DNA of 64,000 bases from Chrysomallon squamiferum (GCA_012295275.1 CM022668.1:9610001-9674000); one strand, 5' to 3'; numbered from the stretch's first letter, positions 13,095-29,959 are shown. Translations and numbers: made by a program. Notes: generated by a model not told the origin, from the letters alone.

Positions 13095-14651
13095 ATAAAC
13101 TAATCCGAGCCAGCGCGCACTCAAATGTCCGCTACCAGGAATCGATCTCAGAACTTTGGCCCAGCGACCTATCTATCCCTTCCAAACCCGTGCATGCTGA
13201 ATATTCACAACAGAACAAAACGTGTTGTTGTATTTCTGTGTGTTTGAGCGGAGTCTAAGACGATGTTGACTCATTAAGTCGTTTCTCTGAACAGAGTCAA
13301 GTGTCAGACTAGAATTAGTTGTGTTTATAGAAACACCAAACCGTCGACTAGTGTAAACATCAAACACCATAAAGACATTTTACGGTGTTAAACTTTTGAG
13401 TGACAAGACAGATATTGACCTAAAACCTTAGGAGACCAAAAAAAAAAAAAAAAAAAAAAAATATGCGATGATGAATAGAAAGTTAGGAAAAGAAGAATGG
13501 AAGGGAAAAAATAAAAAAAAAATAAAACAATTGAAAGAAACAAAAAAGAAGGTTGAAATAATTAAAAGAAAAAGAAAAAAGGGCAGATTAAAAGAAAAAA
13601 AAAGAAAAAACATTGAGAGAAACAAAGAAAAAAATAAGGACAGAGCATTAAATAAAAAAAAAAAAAATTGGTATAATTTGGTGTAAATAAAAAGTCTTTA
13701 AAAATCCGAGAGAAAGAACAGAAAGACATAAAAATATTGAAAAAAGAAAGAATGAAAGAAAAGAAAGAGAAAACAAATGTCTAGTTTTATTGTTGTAATT
13801 ACAAACGTATTTTTCATAGACGTATTGTATTTCTTACTGATTCTGTTGTAGTAACAACATACGGATCAGGACACTGATTTTACTTCAGTTAATCTCACTT
13901 AATGTCCACTATTATTTATACATCAAATGTTTTAGCCAATATACAATAGAATTTGTTACGACGAAAAAAAAAAATATATATATATATATAGATATATATA
14001 TATCCATCATCATTGTCTTCGTCATCATATTCATCATCATCATCATCATTGTTATCAGCATCAGCATATTCATTACTACTGTTGTTGATGGCGATGGTGT
14101 TATTGTATTAAAATAATAATAATCAATAATAATAATAACAACAATAATAATAATAATAATAATAATAATTATGATAATGACAATAACAATATTAATAACA
14201 ATAACAATAATAATAATAAAATAAAAATAATAATAATAATAATAATAAAATCAGCACATAAAGAGTTAAGAGCGGAAGTCATTGAAGACGAGGCTGTACA
14301 AATTATACTAAAAATAATCAGCGTAATCCACTGGCTTCCCGACGTAAAACAAAGACCAAACAGCGCGCGAGTGTGACGTGCGCACAGTTTGCTGTGAAAA
14401 CGTCTTTCATATCGACTGACTGCAGACTTCTTTGCCATTGTTCTTTCGGTTCTGAGACAAATAATCAATTTGTTAATGATGTGTAGAACGCATTCAGTGT
14501 GGGAATCAATGGGACATAAAATATATTAAATAAATGGAATATATCATGTCTTTTGTCCCTCCAGCGTTTTTTTGTTGTTGTTTTTTTTTTTTTTTTTTTT
14601 TTATACTTGTAAAGGTTTCATGTCCCGGAAAAAGAAAAGAAAAGAACAGGA

Positions 14652-14728
<77 letters not shown>

Positions 14729-14886
14729 TGAATATGCATTTCTGTTCCTTCATCCTTTTGTCTTTCTTTCTTTGTGTATCCATCCATTCATAGTTCACTT
14801 GTGTATATATATATATATGTTGCGTGTGTGTGTGCATGTGTGCGTGTGTGTGCATGTACATATCTATCTTTGTTATATGTATGTAG

Positions 14887-14917
<31 letters not shown>

Positions 14918-15226
14918 AAATCTAGAGTAACTGTGTGTGTAGATGTGTGTGTAATAAAAAACAGCGGTCTATATACGATCCTTGTATTTAGAAAACCTAC
15001 AACTACCTTCGTCCCCATTTCAACTTACAGCACTGACTACTTGACTGCTTTTCACCTTGGCATTTGAAATAATGTTTTTATTGTTATTGTCGTTCAAGGG
15101 TTTACTCTTGTACACAAGTTTTTACCTTTTGTTTTAAATGTAGCAACTTTAAAGATTTATTAACTCTGAAAACCAAATCGATAAGCTGTAGAAACGTCGT
15201 TTTAGTTCACTCTCTGATAGATAAAA

Positions 15227-15269
<43 letters not shown>

Positions 15270-15453
15270 AGACAAAACGATTTTCTATCGCTTGCGCACG
15301 TTCTACGATTCGGAACAAATTGGCGGCCATTTTTGTTTTTAAGTTCATTGTTCCGCTTCCTGTCGTTTTTATCAGACGATATTTATGAAGGCGTTTGGTG
15401 AAAAAACAACAACAACAACAACAAAAAACCCCAGTTACTGTTTAAAAGATAAA

Positions 15454-15500
<47 letters not shown>

Positions 15501-16224
15501 TTTGTATTGATGTAACTCTAATACTCAATAAGGAGAATGTATGATCAAGTATAATACCCGGTTCAGGTAATTTATTTCTATAAGAATGAAAATATGAACT
15601 AAATAATTTAGAGTATGTTTTATCTTCATCGTATTGATTTTCCCTGTTTGATTGTTTATTTATTTATTTATTTATTTATTCCGTTTTGTTTATACTAGAT
15701 CATCTGTTTATATTATGTTATTTATTTCTTCATTTATTTATTATATTCTTATTTATTTACTTTCGTTTGTTGATTGGTAGATCTGTTTATCAATTTATAG
15801 TGTTCCGATTCACTGAGAGAGAAAAAGAAATGGGGGCTATTTTAAATTTGAAAAAAAATGAGAATAAGGATCGTAATAATAAATTTTTTTTTAAAGGTAA
15901 TAAATAAAATATATAAAATAAAAATAAAATAAATAAATAAAAACATAAAATCTACAATAAATTATTATTTGTAAAATATATACGAAATTAACATATTGAA
16001 ATCTTGTTTTCAAATTCAGAATACGTTACTCTCTCCGAGTTTAAAATGTTTAATGATAACAATTTGTAGTATTGTGTATTATTATTTATAATAATAATAA
16101 AATAAATAACGACAACAAGAAGAATCACTGTGTTAAAACAACTAAACAATAACAATCAACGATAACAGTAGTAACAACAACGACAACATTAATAACAACA
16201 ACAATGATGATGATGATGATGATA

Positions 16225-16284
<60 letters not shown>

Positions 16285-17219
16285 CAACAACAACAGTAAT
16301 AACCACGACGAAAACAAGAACAATAATAACAACAATAACAGCTACACAACACAACAGCAACAACAACAACAACAGTATCAGTGATGTAAAATAATTATCA
16401 CTGGTTGAGTCGAGTACGCTGTATTAAATAACCGACTTTGTTTGCCAACACATTTATTATTTATACTTTTTATATTTACCAAACAGAAAACTTACACTTC
16501 TGTTGGAAATGGACACAAAAGTTCATTAAATTATTAAATGAAAGATTCTTTATCTATTTCTCTTTCTTTTTTTATTATTATTATTTTTTTTTTTTTTCTG
16601 AAAGTTTTAGTTGCAGGTATGAATAATGTTCGATATTATGCTAGAGTGAAAAAAAAAACCCGAAGGATTGTGACTCTATAAATGAAATATTAACATTTTT
16701 ATACGCACCTTCGTTTTCACCTAGAGATTTTTACTGAGTGAATTACTGACGAATAACTAAATATATAAAACCATTTTTCAGTAATCTGCTCAGCTGTTAA
16801 CTTTTAAAAGAAATGTCAGAGGATACGGCATTATGACGTCATAAACAGTTTGATGACGTTTACACTTCGGTAGCGTAGGATTAATAGCAGACTGAACGAA
16901 TTGATTTTGTTACTATTATTATTTGCTGTACTACTATTACTATTACCACCGCTACATTTACTACTACTACAGCGCTGTTGTAAACCGAAACGATCTGAAA
17001 TCATTCCTGACGTTCAGAAGAACCTTTCACGAAGAGAGATAACTCTTTCTTGTTTGATTCGTAGAGCTTAACTCAGTCTTCATGGAATTAGTGCGCCGTT
17101 CAGTGTCATTTAAAACATGTTTCGTTACATTTAGGTATGTATTTATGTCATATTATATAACTTAAAACTAATGCACAGACTGGCTGTTTATGTATGTATG
17201 TATGTATGTATGTCTGTTG

Positions 17220-18493
17220 AGACTGGTTGAGTTAACATGCTTGTGTTAACAGACTGGTTGTGTTAATAGACTCTTTGGTAATAGTCTCGTTGTGTTAATA
17301 GTCTGTGTTAATAGACTGGTTTTGTTAATAGTCTAGTTGTGTTAATAGACTGGTTGTGTTAATAGTCTGGTTGTGTTAACAGACTGGTTGTGTTAATAGA
17401 CTGCTTATGTTAACAGACTGCTTGTGTTAATAGACTGATTGTGTTAATATACTGGTTGTGTTAACAGTCTGATTGTGTTAATAGACTGGTTGTGTTAATA
17501 GACTGGTTGTGTTAACAGACTGGTTGTGTTAACAGACTGGTTGTGTTAACAGACTGGTTGTGTTAACAGACTGGTTGTGTTAACAGACTGGTTGTGTTAA
17601 CAGACTGGTTGTGTTAATAGACTGGTTGTGTTAACAGACTGGTTGTGTTAACAGACTGGTTGTGTTAACAGACTGGTTGTGTTAACAGACTGGTTGTGTT
17701 AACAGTCTGATTGTGTTAATAGACTGGTTGTGTTAATAGACTGGTTGTGTTAACAGACTGGTTGTGTTGACAGTCTGATTGTGTTAACAGACTGGTTGTG
17801 TTAATAGACTGATTGTGTTAATAGTCTGGTTGTGTTAATAGACTGGTTGTGTTAATAGACTGGTTGTGTTAATAGACTGGTTGTGTTAACAGACTGGTTG
17901 TGTTAACAGACTGGTTGTGTTAATAGACTGGTTGTGTTAACAGACTGGTTGTGTTAATAGACTGGTTGTGTTAACAGACTGGTTGTGTTAATAGTCTGGT
18001 TGTGTTAATAGACTGGTTGTGTTAATAGACTGGTTGTGTTAACAGACTGGTTGTGTTAACAGACTGGTTGTGTTAATAGTCTGGTTGTGTTAACAGACTG
18101 GTTGTGTTAATAGACTGGTTGTGTTAATAGACTGGTTGTGTTAATAGACTGGTTGTGTTAATAGACTGGTTGTGTTAACAGATTGGTTGTGTTAACAGTC
18201 TGATTGTGTTAATAGACTGGTTGTGTTAACAGATTGGTTGTGTTAACAGACTGGTTGTGTTAATAGTCTGATTGTGTTAATAGTCTGATTGTGTTAATAC
18301 ACTGGTTGTGTTAACAGACTGGTTGTGTTAACAGACTGGTTGTGTTAATAGACTGATAGACTGGTTGTGTTAATAGACTGGTTGTGTTAATAGACTGGTT
18401 GTGTTAATAGACTGGTTGTGTTAATAGACTGGTTGTGTTAACAGACTGGTTGTGTTAATACACTGGTTTTGTTAATAGACTGGTTGTGTTAAA
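17220..18493. repeat. 17-bp minisatellite AGACTGGTTGTGTTAA(C/T), about 75 copies
   Basis: Head-to-tail copies without spacers; degenerate at the left edge, homogeneous in the centre. Confidence 0.97.
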
Positions 18494-19123
18494 TGTCAAC
18501 ATTCACGTTGGTGTGCATTTGGCATGTACAACAATTCATTTGGAGAGAAAAACTATTTTTTTTTTTTTTTTCTTTTATTCTGTCGAAAGGAAATTAGTAT
18601 TATCAGAGGGGCAAGTCATTGTTAAAAGTGTTCTAAATTAGGAGGAGAAAATTAATTCTCCAAGGGAGCAGCAGTTGTTAAAACTGACAGATTTGACTGA
18701 GAGATTTTTGGATCAATTTTCCTGTTGGAGGTTCATGGCTCCCCGATGTCTTCTAATCAATACTAACTTCTTCAAACTGAAGAGTTCTTGTAGTGACAGA
18801 CAACTCTGTGTGAAATGGCAAATTTTTTGGCAACTTCGGGTTATAAATAGACAGCTTTGGTGGTCAGGTACTTTGAAACAGAGAGAGAGAAAGAGACAGA
18901 GATGGAGAGAAAGTGGCAGAAAGAGAGAAATAAAACTTAAATAGACTATCTAGTTAAGAATGATAGGCATATGGATAGATACCTAGATTTATGGATAGAA
19001 AGATGAATAGACAGTGAGACAGATAAACAGATGTATAAAAATCAGGTTGATGGATAGATAGAAAGATAGATAGATAAATAGACAGACAGAAACAAATACA
19101 GATGTGTGTATGTGTGTGTGTGC

Positions 19124-19157
<34 letters not shown>

Positions 19158-19276
19158 AAAGGAAGATTATAGATTTGTAAGAAAAGAAGAAGAAAGAAAT
19201 ATAGAAAAACAAGAGGCAATAATTAATAATAAAAATAATAATAATGTTAATGAAATTATTATTATTATTATTATAC

Positions 19277-19307
<31 letters not shown>

Positions 19308-20075
19308 TACATACCGCTAATGCAGAGTGGTGCTGTTTTCAATTTGTCGTCACAGTAACTGTCTTTGGAACATTCATGATCCTTGCAAAGTCCAGCTAAA
19401 GACTAATAACAATAACAATAATAATAATGATGATAATAATAATAATGATAATAATAATATAATAATAATAATAGTAGTAATAATAATAATGATGATAATG
19501 ATAATAATAATAATAATAGTAATAATAATGATAACAAAACAATAATAAAGAAAATAATAATAATAATAACAAGAACAACAAAAAGATAAAAGAACAAAGA
19601 AAGCAATAAGTAATAAAAAGACTATATTCCATGAGCTATTTAGCAATTATGAAATTAACTTCATCAACTCTTATTGTGACATTATTTTTTTATTCTGACA
19701 AAGAATAAGAAGCTTTCTCCAGTTCCGAGTCACTCTCAATTGACATCTGACTTTGTCAGTGCCAAAAAAAATTACACTTTGATATAATCTGGGCTTTATT
19801 TTAGACAACTGAAAACATTTAAGCTATCAAAAGGGTATCACAGTTTGATATTAAGCTGGAATGTTGTAGTAAATTATATCTGAAATGCTTTTATAGTTTG
19901 GAAAATACAAGGGAGATGATTATGGATAATGTGTTTCAAAAATATAATTTTTGGATTAAAAAAAAAGATTAATAATGCTTTGAAATGTCATGTGTTTGTA
20001 TTGCTCATAGAGGATGTAATCATACCAGAATATTCAAGTATACTTGTACACAGAAAAATGCAGACACACACACAG

Positions 20076-20168
<93 letters not shown>

Positions 20169-20218
20169 ACATACATACAAAAAACAACAACAGAATATAT
20201 GCATAAAGAAGCAAATAC

Positions 20219-20266
<48 letters not shown>

Positions 20267-20505
20267 CACATCTTAGCATGTTAGAGAAAGAGAGAATGCA
20301 ATTATCTTGTACTTTCAAAATTAACTCATGTAAAAATCCTAGAGTGACATTCTCTCTAACACATACCAGAGGTAAGACATTTCAAGTTTCATCAGAAGTA
20401 ATTCAGAGATTGTGAAGTAGACATTTTTATTTACGGTGATATTTCAGAGAACAACAAACATTAAAGAGAAAAAAATGCCCTCCAAAACTCTGCAGAAAAT
20501 ATAAG

Positions 20506-20545
<40 letters not shown>

Positions 20546-20599
20546 CTGATGATGATGATGATGATAATAATGATGATAATAATAATAATAATAATAATA

Positions 20600-20631
<32 letters not shown>

Positions 20632-21378
20632 AATGATAATAATAATAATAACAACAATAACAATAATAATGATGATGATGATAATAATAATAATAACAAC
20701 AAAAATAACAATAATAATAACCACAACAATATCAACAGTAATAATTTATAATAATAACAAAAATAACATTAACAATAATAATAACAACATCATCAATAAC
20801 AACAATAATAATAATAACAATAACAACAACAACAACAATAATAATAATAATAGTAAGAACAATCTGACTGGTCTGAATAACCATGAGCTCTGTGATGTGA
20901 TGTATTGCTTGTAGATCCACTTTGACAGCTTAATCTTATTATCTTCTTTATTATAGGTAATCTTTTTATCTTACACTACAAAAATGTGAATAGAAAATGG
21001 GGGAAAAAAAAAAAAAAGAAGAAAAAAAAAAGATTAAAAAAAAAAAAAAAAAAAAGAGAAAATATAGTTTATATTCATACTTACAGACGAAAGGAAAAAA
21101 ACAACAACATAAAACGCAGATTTTGTTATCTGAATTTGTTGGAAAATGTTAGTTTAAAATATTTTATTTTAGATACTTTTTTTTTTTATATGTGTTGTTA
21201 CAGACATACTTAAAAAAAACTGACAAAATAACCCAAAACACAGTAATAAATAATAATAATAACAGTAATAATAATAAAAATAAATAACAATGACAATGAT
21301 GATGATTATGATGATAATAATAATGAAGGTGATGATACTGATGATGATGATGATGATTATAATCATAGTAATAATAAT

Positions 21379-21426
<48 letters not shown>

Positions 21427-21475
21427 CATAAAAGAATCATATATCGTAACATAATAATGCATTTTTCTGTAGTCT

Positions 21476-21561
<86 letters not shown>

Positions 21562-21863
21562 TGTGCATACATCTGTAACAAGCATGGTACATTTGCTATG
21601 ACATAATAACTAAGAAGTATTGATCAAGCGTAATTTCCCCATGGATGGAGACTTATTAAATATTAACATGAGGAATAATTACAAGAGTTAACATCAGGCT
21701 GGACCCAGAACCCAGCTCGGTGGGACTGCGGCCTTTGAGAATTTTAATTTACTGTAGAGCTGTGAAATTACAGAATGTAATTACTCTCGGGTGCTGTCAG
21801 AAATGTCTTGTGGTTACTGAATGAATGTAAACTGTCTTTGTGTGTGTTTGTGTGTTTGTGTGG

Positions 21864-21895
<32 letters not shown>

Positions 21896-23714
21896 GTGTC
21901 TGTGTATATGTATGTATAATTTTGAATGTGTTATGTGTATGTGTATATTTATATATATATATGTGTGTACGTATGTTGTGTATATATGATTGTATGTGTG
22001 TGTATATATATATATATATTTATTTATATTTACATACATACATATATATATATATATACAGACACACACACACATCTGTATTTGTATGCATACATATACA
22101 CATCTAAGTGTGTGTGTCTGTGTGAGTATGTGTGCATGTATGCATATTGTTTATATATATTTTAGCATATAAACACATGTGCAGAGTCTAATCAGATGTA
22201 CATAAGACAACAAAAATATTCAGCTAAACATGTACATGCTTACACACACATACAAATTTATACACACAAACTATACACAAATATAAACACACAGATATAC
22301 AAATACATGCACATGTACACAAACATACACATACATACACACCCAAATATATAAACACTGATACATACACACAATGACACACACACACACACACATGCAC
22401 GCACACACACACATACATATAAATATATATATATATAGATGTTGTACAGATATTTATCAAACAAATAAAACAAACATTAAAAACAAAACAAAAAAACCCA
22501 ACATTTTCTAAGATATCTCAGACATTATCAACACTTGCATAATTTTTAACTAAAAATGACAAAAATGCAGCAAATACTTTACACTTGTTTCCGAACATGA
22601 TGAATGCACGATGTTAATATTTAATGTCTTTTTTTACAAGACAGGAAATTAAAACTACAACCCCAGTCAGATTCTCTTTCCTCTAATCTGACATGATTGA
22701 AGTGTGAAGTGATCAGACTGAAGTTCACGAAGTCAAGAATTTGTTTAACTCACTTCACTTCGTACAGTGAACAAAACTTCTGTAGACATCAATGCACTGA
22801 TTTATACTCAGTCACAAAAGTGTCGTGCATGTCTGTTAAAATATACATTAATCGTTCCAGCTATCACTGTATTACCACTACTGCTACTACTGCTGCTACT
22901 ACTACTGCTACTACTGCTGCTGCTACAACAACTACTTCTACTACAGCTGCTGCTGCTGCTGTTGCTGCTTCTACTGCTACATTAACATTGATATTCATAC
23001 TCCCTTACATGAGTAAAAAACAGTAATATAATAGTGGATTTGTAATCATTACAGCTACCACTATACTACTAGTACTACTACTGTTATTACTACTGCTGCT
23101 ACTACTACTACTACAACTATATCAATATATATGTTTACACTGACTCACAAAAGTATTATACTACTACTACTGCTGCTGCTGCTGCTACTACTACTACTAC
23201 CATCACTACTACATCAACACAGATGTATCCTCAAACCCAAACATACACACATCTGTTGGACTATAAATACTAGATTTATTCTTATTACAGCTACTATTAT
23301 AGTTCCATCTATTGATGTATTAACACTACTTCTACTCCTAGTGCTAGCACTAGACTCCTACTACTACTATTATTATTACTACTACTACTACTGTTACTAC
23401 TACTACTACATCAAAACTGAGACTTATAGTGACTGATAAAAGTACCATACATGTCTGTTAATACAGAAAAATATAAAGTTTTATTATAATATAATATTTG
23501 CTATTATTACAGCTATTATTACCAGTACTAATATTACTACTACTACTGCTGCTGCTGCTACTGCTACTACTGCCACTACCACCACTACTACATCAACACA
23601 GATATATCCTGAATCACAAACACAAATACTAGATTTATTCTTACTACAGCTACTATTATAGTTCCAGCTATTGTTGTATTAACACTACTGCTATTCCTAG
23701 TGCTACTACTACTG

Positions 23715-23766
<52 letters not shown>

Positions 23767-25849
23767 CATTACCACTAAGTACAACTGCTTCTACAATTGC
23801 TACTACTATTACAGCACTGCATTTTGTACTGCCTTAGGAAAATTTCAAAATTTAAGAATGTTGCTGATAAAGTTTTTTTTTATAATATTACATGTGTCAT
23901 TTTATCAAACTCTAGTGCAGTTTCTGCTACTTCTGCTACTAATACTGCTACAACTACAACAACTACTGCTACTGCTGCTACTACAATTACTACCAATATT
24001 ATTACCACTACTACTAGTACTGCTATTACTATTACTACCATTACTAGTACAATTATTACTATTACTGCTATTAGTAGTACTATTATTACTATTACTACTA
24101 CTATATGTAGGATTAGTATTACCATTACCAGTATTATTATTATTAATACAACTAATACTACTGCTACCATACTAATACTACTACTACTTCTGATACTACT
24201 ACTACTACTGCAACTACTTCTACTGTTACTACATCACTACAACTTCTATTATTACTGTAAAAGTTCACTTTATCGATTATGAAGTTTATTTTCTTATCTA
24301 AAATGAAGAAAACAAACAAATTGCAACATAAAAAAATAAATTTTATAACAACAAGAACAACATCAACAAAAAAATTCCAAAGAAACAAATTAAAAAACCC
24401 CAAACAGATAAGAAAAAAAGAAAAATCTATATCAAACAGCTCATTTGACTTCTTGCTCCACATATCTCTTTTCACTCAGTCAGTCAGAAATCTTAGAAAA
24501 ATCCATAAGAAGAATTCTCAAAAAAAAACGTCGTGTTGCGTGACTTTTGTTGTCGAGTATACGTAAGTCAGCAGCTCATTGTGGGATGGTGTTAAGTGTT
24601 TCACATTTATTACTTGGTCCTACGTCGAACATCGCAGCAGCTGCTGGTCTCAAAATGTGTCCCCCGATGACGTTCATGTAATGTCAGCAGCTCAACTGTG
24701 TACATCGGCATTCTTGGTGCAGCAGTGCTGAGCTGATAGCATCGTCGGTCGAGCTGAAGGATTTGTGGTTTTTGTGTGACTCGGAATATTTTTCTCTGTG
24801 TGGCTTCTTTGTGTTCGGAGGGTTTGGAGTTTTAAGTTGTTTTTTTGTTTGTTTTTTTTAAATTTGGAATAATTTTTTGGGTATGTTTTGATTTTGGTTT
24901 ACAGTGAAATTGTTTGTAAATGTGGTTGATAATTTGTGAATTCAAATATAAAACTTTTAGTTTTGAAATATGGAACTTATTTTTTTTTATATGTTTGATT
25001 AAATTAGGAATTGATTTTTGTATGCTTAGATTTTAGTTTAAAGTAAAAACTGCATTTTAAATATGATGATTTGTGAATTAAAATATAAAATCTGTATATT
25101 TAGAATAAAAAACTTATAAGGATATAAAAATTTGTGAATTTTTAAAAGCAGAAATTTTAATTTTTAAACATTCAATCTGAGTATTTAAAAAATAATAAAT
25201 TGGTGTATTGTAGGTTCAGAATTTGTGAATTTTCAAATATAAATAATTTGTTTATAGTAAAATATAACTGAATAATTTTTCCACTTTAATTTCTTATTTT
25301 ATTTTCCTTTTTTAAAAGAAAACAAAAATTTTAAGTATAAAACAATATTTTTATAATTCAGAGCAATTAATTTATATTCAAAATGTTTATTATTTATTTT
25401 TTTAATAAAAAAATTGTTTTAAATGTAACTTTTGTAATATAGTCTACATAACTTGTATATTTCACAGTATAAATAATTGGTTTAGTAAAACAATATATAT
25501 ATAGATATAATTTATTTATGTAAATAGTTTTGCATTTTTAAATTTTAAAAGAAAAACACACACATATATATATATATATATCTGTCTATCTATCTGCATA
25601 TATATATATATATATAAATAAACACATATATATATATCTGCATATATATATATGCAGATAGATAAAAATATAAATAAGGATATGAAATTGAAATTTCAGA
25701 AAATGAATACAAAATTAAAAGTGGTCTAAATAATAAAAATATGATTTTACTAAATTTAAAACAGCTTACTTGACTAAAAATTTAAAGAAAATTTATATGG
25801 ATAAAAATATGGTTTTACCACATTTACAGATAATTTACTCATCTAAACA

Positions 25850-26135
25850 TAATTTTAAAATATTTAAAGATAATTTAAAATATTTAAAGATATTTTAAAA
25901 TAGTTAAAGCTAATTTAAAATATTTAAAGATAAATTTAAAATATTTAAAGATAATTTAAAATGTTTAAAGATAATTTTAAAATATTTAAAGATAATTTAA
26001 AATATTTAAAGATAAATTTAAAATATTTACAGATAAATTTAAAATATTTAAAGATAATTTAAAATATTTAAAGATAATTTAAAATATTTAAAGATAAAAA
26101 ATTTTAAAATATTTAAAATATTTAAAGATAAATTT
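25850..26135. repeat. 20-21-bp AT-rich tandem repeat (AAAATATTTAAAGATAATTT)
   Basis: About 13 tandem copies ending just before the ATG at 26148. Confidence 0.92.
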
Positions 26136-26147
26136 ATTTGGATAAAA

Positions 26148-26201
26148 ATGCCACCAAAAGCTGAGCCAGAAGAAGAAAAAGCTGAAAACCCAGAGGAAAA
26201 G
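26148..26201 (+). CDS. Candidate alternative first coding exon (MPPKAEPEEEKAENPEEK)
   Basis: AAAATG context, 18 codons, AAG|GTGAGA donor, phase 0; purine-rich coding-like patch within AT-rich DNA. Confidence 0.65.
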
Positions 26202-26292
26202 GTGAGATGTACTTTTATTTTATTATTATATATATATACATAAATCTATCTATCTGTCTGTCTGTCTGTCTGTGTGTCTGTCTATCTGTCTG

Positions 26293-26325
<33 letters not shown>

Positions 26326-26406
26326 GTCTATCACTCTCTATTTATCTATGTCTAATCTCTATCTATCTACCTCTCTATCATCTATCTTTCTATGTCTATG
26401 TCTATC

Positions 26407-26446
<40 letters not shown>

Positions 26447-26537
26447 GTTATCTATGGCTATGTATATCTCTCTATCTAAATATCTATCTATCTATCTATG
26501 TCTATCGATGTCTATCTCTATCTATTTATGTCTATTC

Positions 26538-26582
<45 letters not shown>

Positions 26583-26811
26583 GTCTATCTATCTCTATAT
26601 CTCTCTCTCTATCTATCTATCTATCTATCTGTATTACCTAAATATATGTACGCTGATCAGTGAAAAAAGGGGAGTATGTGACTCTGACTACAGACAATTT
26701 ACCAGTGTGTGCGCATGCATGCATGCTTGCATGTGTGTCTATTTTTTGTCTATAGCAAATAAACTGTCTGGCTATTTGTCATTTATCAATTTGTATGTTT
26801 TTTCAGTGTAG

Positions 26812-26842
<31 letters not shown>

Positions 26843-27309
26843 CACGTGTATGTGTGTGTGTGTGTGTGTGTCTGTAAGTGAAAATCAGTTTAGATATCTT
26901 TCCTTCTATCTTTAGCTTCACTCTTTTTTATTTTTCTTATATTCCATTCTTTATTTAATTATTTCTTCATTTCTTCTCTCACTCTTCAGTCAGCTGCTTG
27001 TTAAATTACAGACTTCTAAGACACTGGAAGTACCATCAGCAGTTCTATTAGTTAATTTATTCACTAATTTCCCAATCCAACCACTTACCTCCACAATTAC
27101 CCTGTCAACTTATAATGGATAATCACATTTACGTACAAACAACTAGAGTAAATTAATCTACTAATATACATCCCTAGGACCCAGTTCATCCAAAATTCTG
27201 TTCACCCAGCAACAAAGTGGGTATAAAATTTGTTGTAGAAAAGAAAAATAGGAAAAAAAAAAAGAAGATAATTGTAGAGAGGTGGCAGAAGATCGAGTGA
27301 ACAGAGAAA

Positions 27310-27708
<399 letters not shown>

Positions 27709-28308
27709 AGAGAGAATGAGAGAGTGAGACAGACTGAGACACAAAGACAGACAGAGAGACAGAGAAAGAGAGAGACAGAGAGAGTGAAATAGAGAGACAA
27801 AGAGAGAGAGACACAGAGAGACAGAGATAGAGAAAAACATAGAGAGAGAGTCAAACACACACACATGCATGCACATGCACACAAATATGAAAGAGAAAGT
27901 AAGACAGAAAAAAAGAGAGACTAAGAGAGAAAGAGAAAGGTAAATTTTAAGAAACATCTTGAAATATTTTGTTTTTGACTTGGACTAATACAGTTACAGT
28001 ATAAGAAAAATTATTTAAAATATACTAAAGACATGATCCTACACTAGAAATATATAACTCTGAACATAAAATGTTTTGTTATAATCCCAAACCTCACACT
28101 ATCACAGTGAAACATGTGTGTACTACTGAGATTTTTTTTTTTTTTTTAAACAAGAGCACAGGAGAACTGAACAACAGTGACTGTTGGTTTGTGGGTACAG
28201 CTGTTTCAGTGTTTTGTGTTGTTTGATAAGTCAGATATCAATAACATGTAATACTGCAACATACAGCGTTCTTTACACCTCTGTATTATATCTTAATGTC
28301 ATATCAAA

Positions 28309-28375
<67 letters not shown>

Positions 28376-28388
28376 CCCACACACATAT

Positions 28389-28427
<39 letters not shown>

Positions 28428-29959
28428 AAGTTTAAGATTACTGTTTGAGTTATAACATGTGTGTGCATATTATATATATGTGTATATATATATACACACA
28501 CACACATATGTATACAGTTTGAGATTACTCTGAGATATATTGTGTGTGTGTATATATGTATGTATGTGTGTATATATTTATGTATGTGTATATATATAGA
28601 ATATATATATTATATGATATATGAGTATTTTGAAATGAGTTCTGAGACTTATTTTATACTAAACAACATCATTAAAACTTAATTCATTCATTTCAGTTTT
28701 AGTAAGCTTGAAGAAAACAGATTAAAAAAATTTTACAATATAAAGTAAAAAAAAAAAAAAAAAAAAAATGTTAAAAAGCGAAATCCTGCTCTAAGTAACT
28801 GAAAAACGTTTCAAGACTTTATACAATTTTTATGTGACTTTTAGTGACTTAATGTCCCTTTGGTAGATCTGGTCACAGTGGTTTGTTATTGGAACGTGTC
28901 ATGTGAACTTTGTGTGATTATTTTAATTTTCTACTCACTGCAGAGTCAAATGTCATAGAAACATAAAATGAATGTTGATACAATGTTCCAGATAATGTGA
29001 CACAGTTATTTTTATTCATTTGATATTTGTGAACGTGAGCATTTGTTTTGTTTTTATTGTGTATGGTTTTGTTTGTGTGTACGAATATGTTTATTTGTGT
29101 GTTTGTGTGTGTGTGTGTGTCTGTGTGTTGCAGGTTTATGTGTGTATGTGTTTATATGTGTGTGTGTAGGTATAATGTGTGTATGAACATGTGTGTATAT
29201 GTGATTGTGTGTGTATAGGTATGTTTTCATGTGTATATCTGTATGTCTGTGTGTTTGTATATGTGTGATTATGAGCATGTGTGTATGTATTTGAGTGTGT
29301 GCATGCGTGTATGTGTATGTGTGTATATAGGTGTGTGTTTGCATGGGTATGTGTGTGTGTGGGTATGTGTGTGTATGGAGTGTATGTGTAGGTGTATGTG
29401 AGTGTGTAGGTGTATGTATGTGTGTTTGTCCTACTGCATGGATGTATTGTAAGTACAGGTTGGATCAGAAATAGTAACAGATTTCACGGTCTAATTTGGT
29501 GCAAATTCAGCAGCTTTCCAAACTCACAGCAACAACCTGTAAAAAATAAAATAAAAATTAAATAAATTACAAAAGTTAATAATCTGCAAGACTATTATTT
29601 ACAATGGTATAATTTCATAGAAAGAATCTGAAAGCAAAACAGACAGAAATCAAGTTTTACTTTAGACTTATCCTATATAATCTGTTGTGTGTGTATCTAG
29701 GTATAGGTTTGTGTGTATAAATATGTGTCTAGGTATTATTATGTCTGTGTAAATAGCTCTGTGTATGTCCATGTGTGTGTGTGTGTATGAATATATGTGT
29801 ATAATAAGTTATATTATGTATTAAAGGAAACTCTTATAAGGCATTACAATGAGAAATAAAAATCTGACACATACAAAAAAACTGATTTAGAGGCTATAAA
29901 ACATTCAGCTTGTGTATTCTTTAATTCTTTTCAAAACAGACTTTTTTCTCTTTCTAAAA

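Noticed and set aside
17082-17134. MELVRRSVSF... ending at AG|GTATGT; similarly 15541-15566 ending at AG|GTAATT
   Set aside because: Both are phase 2, incompatible with the phase-0 acceptor at 48775, and their phase-0 frames contain stops
17220-18493. CRISPR-like array
   Set aside because: Units are contiguous with no unique spacers, no cas genes are present and the context is eukaryotic; it is a minisatellite. The same applies to 39090-40480 and 37620-37965.
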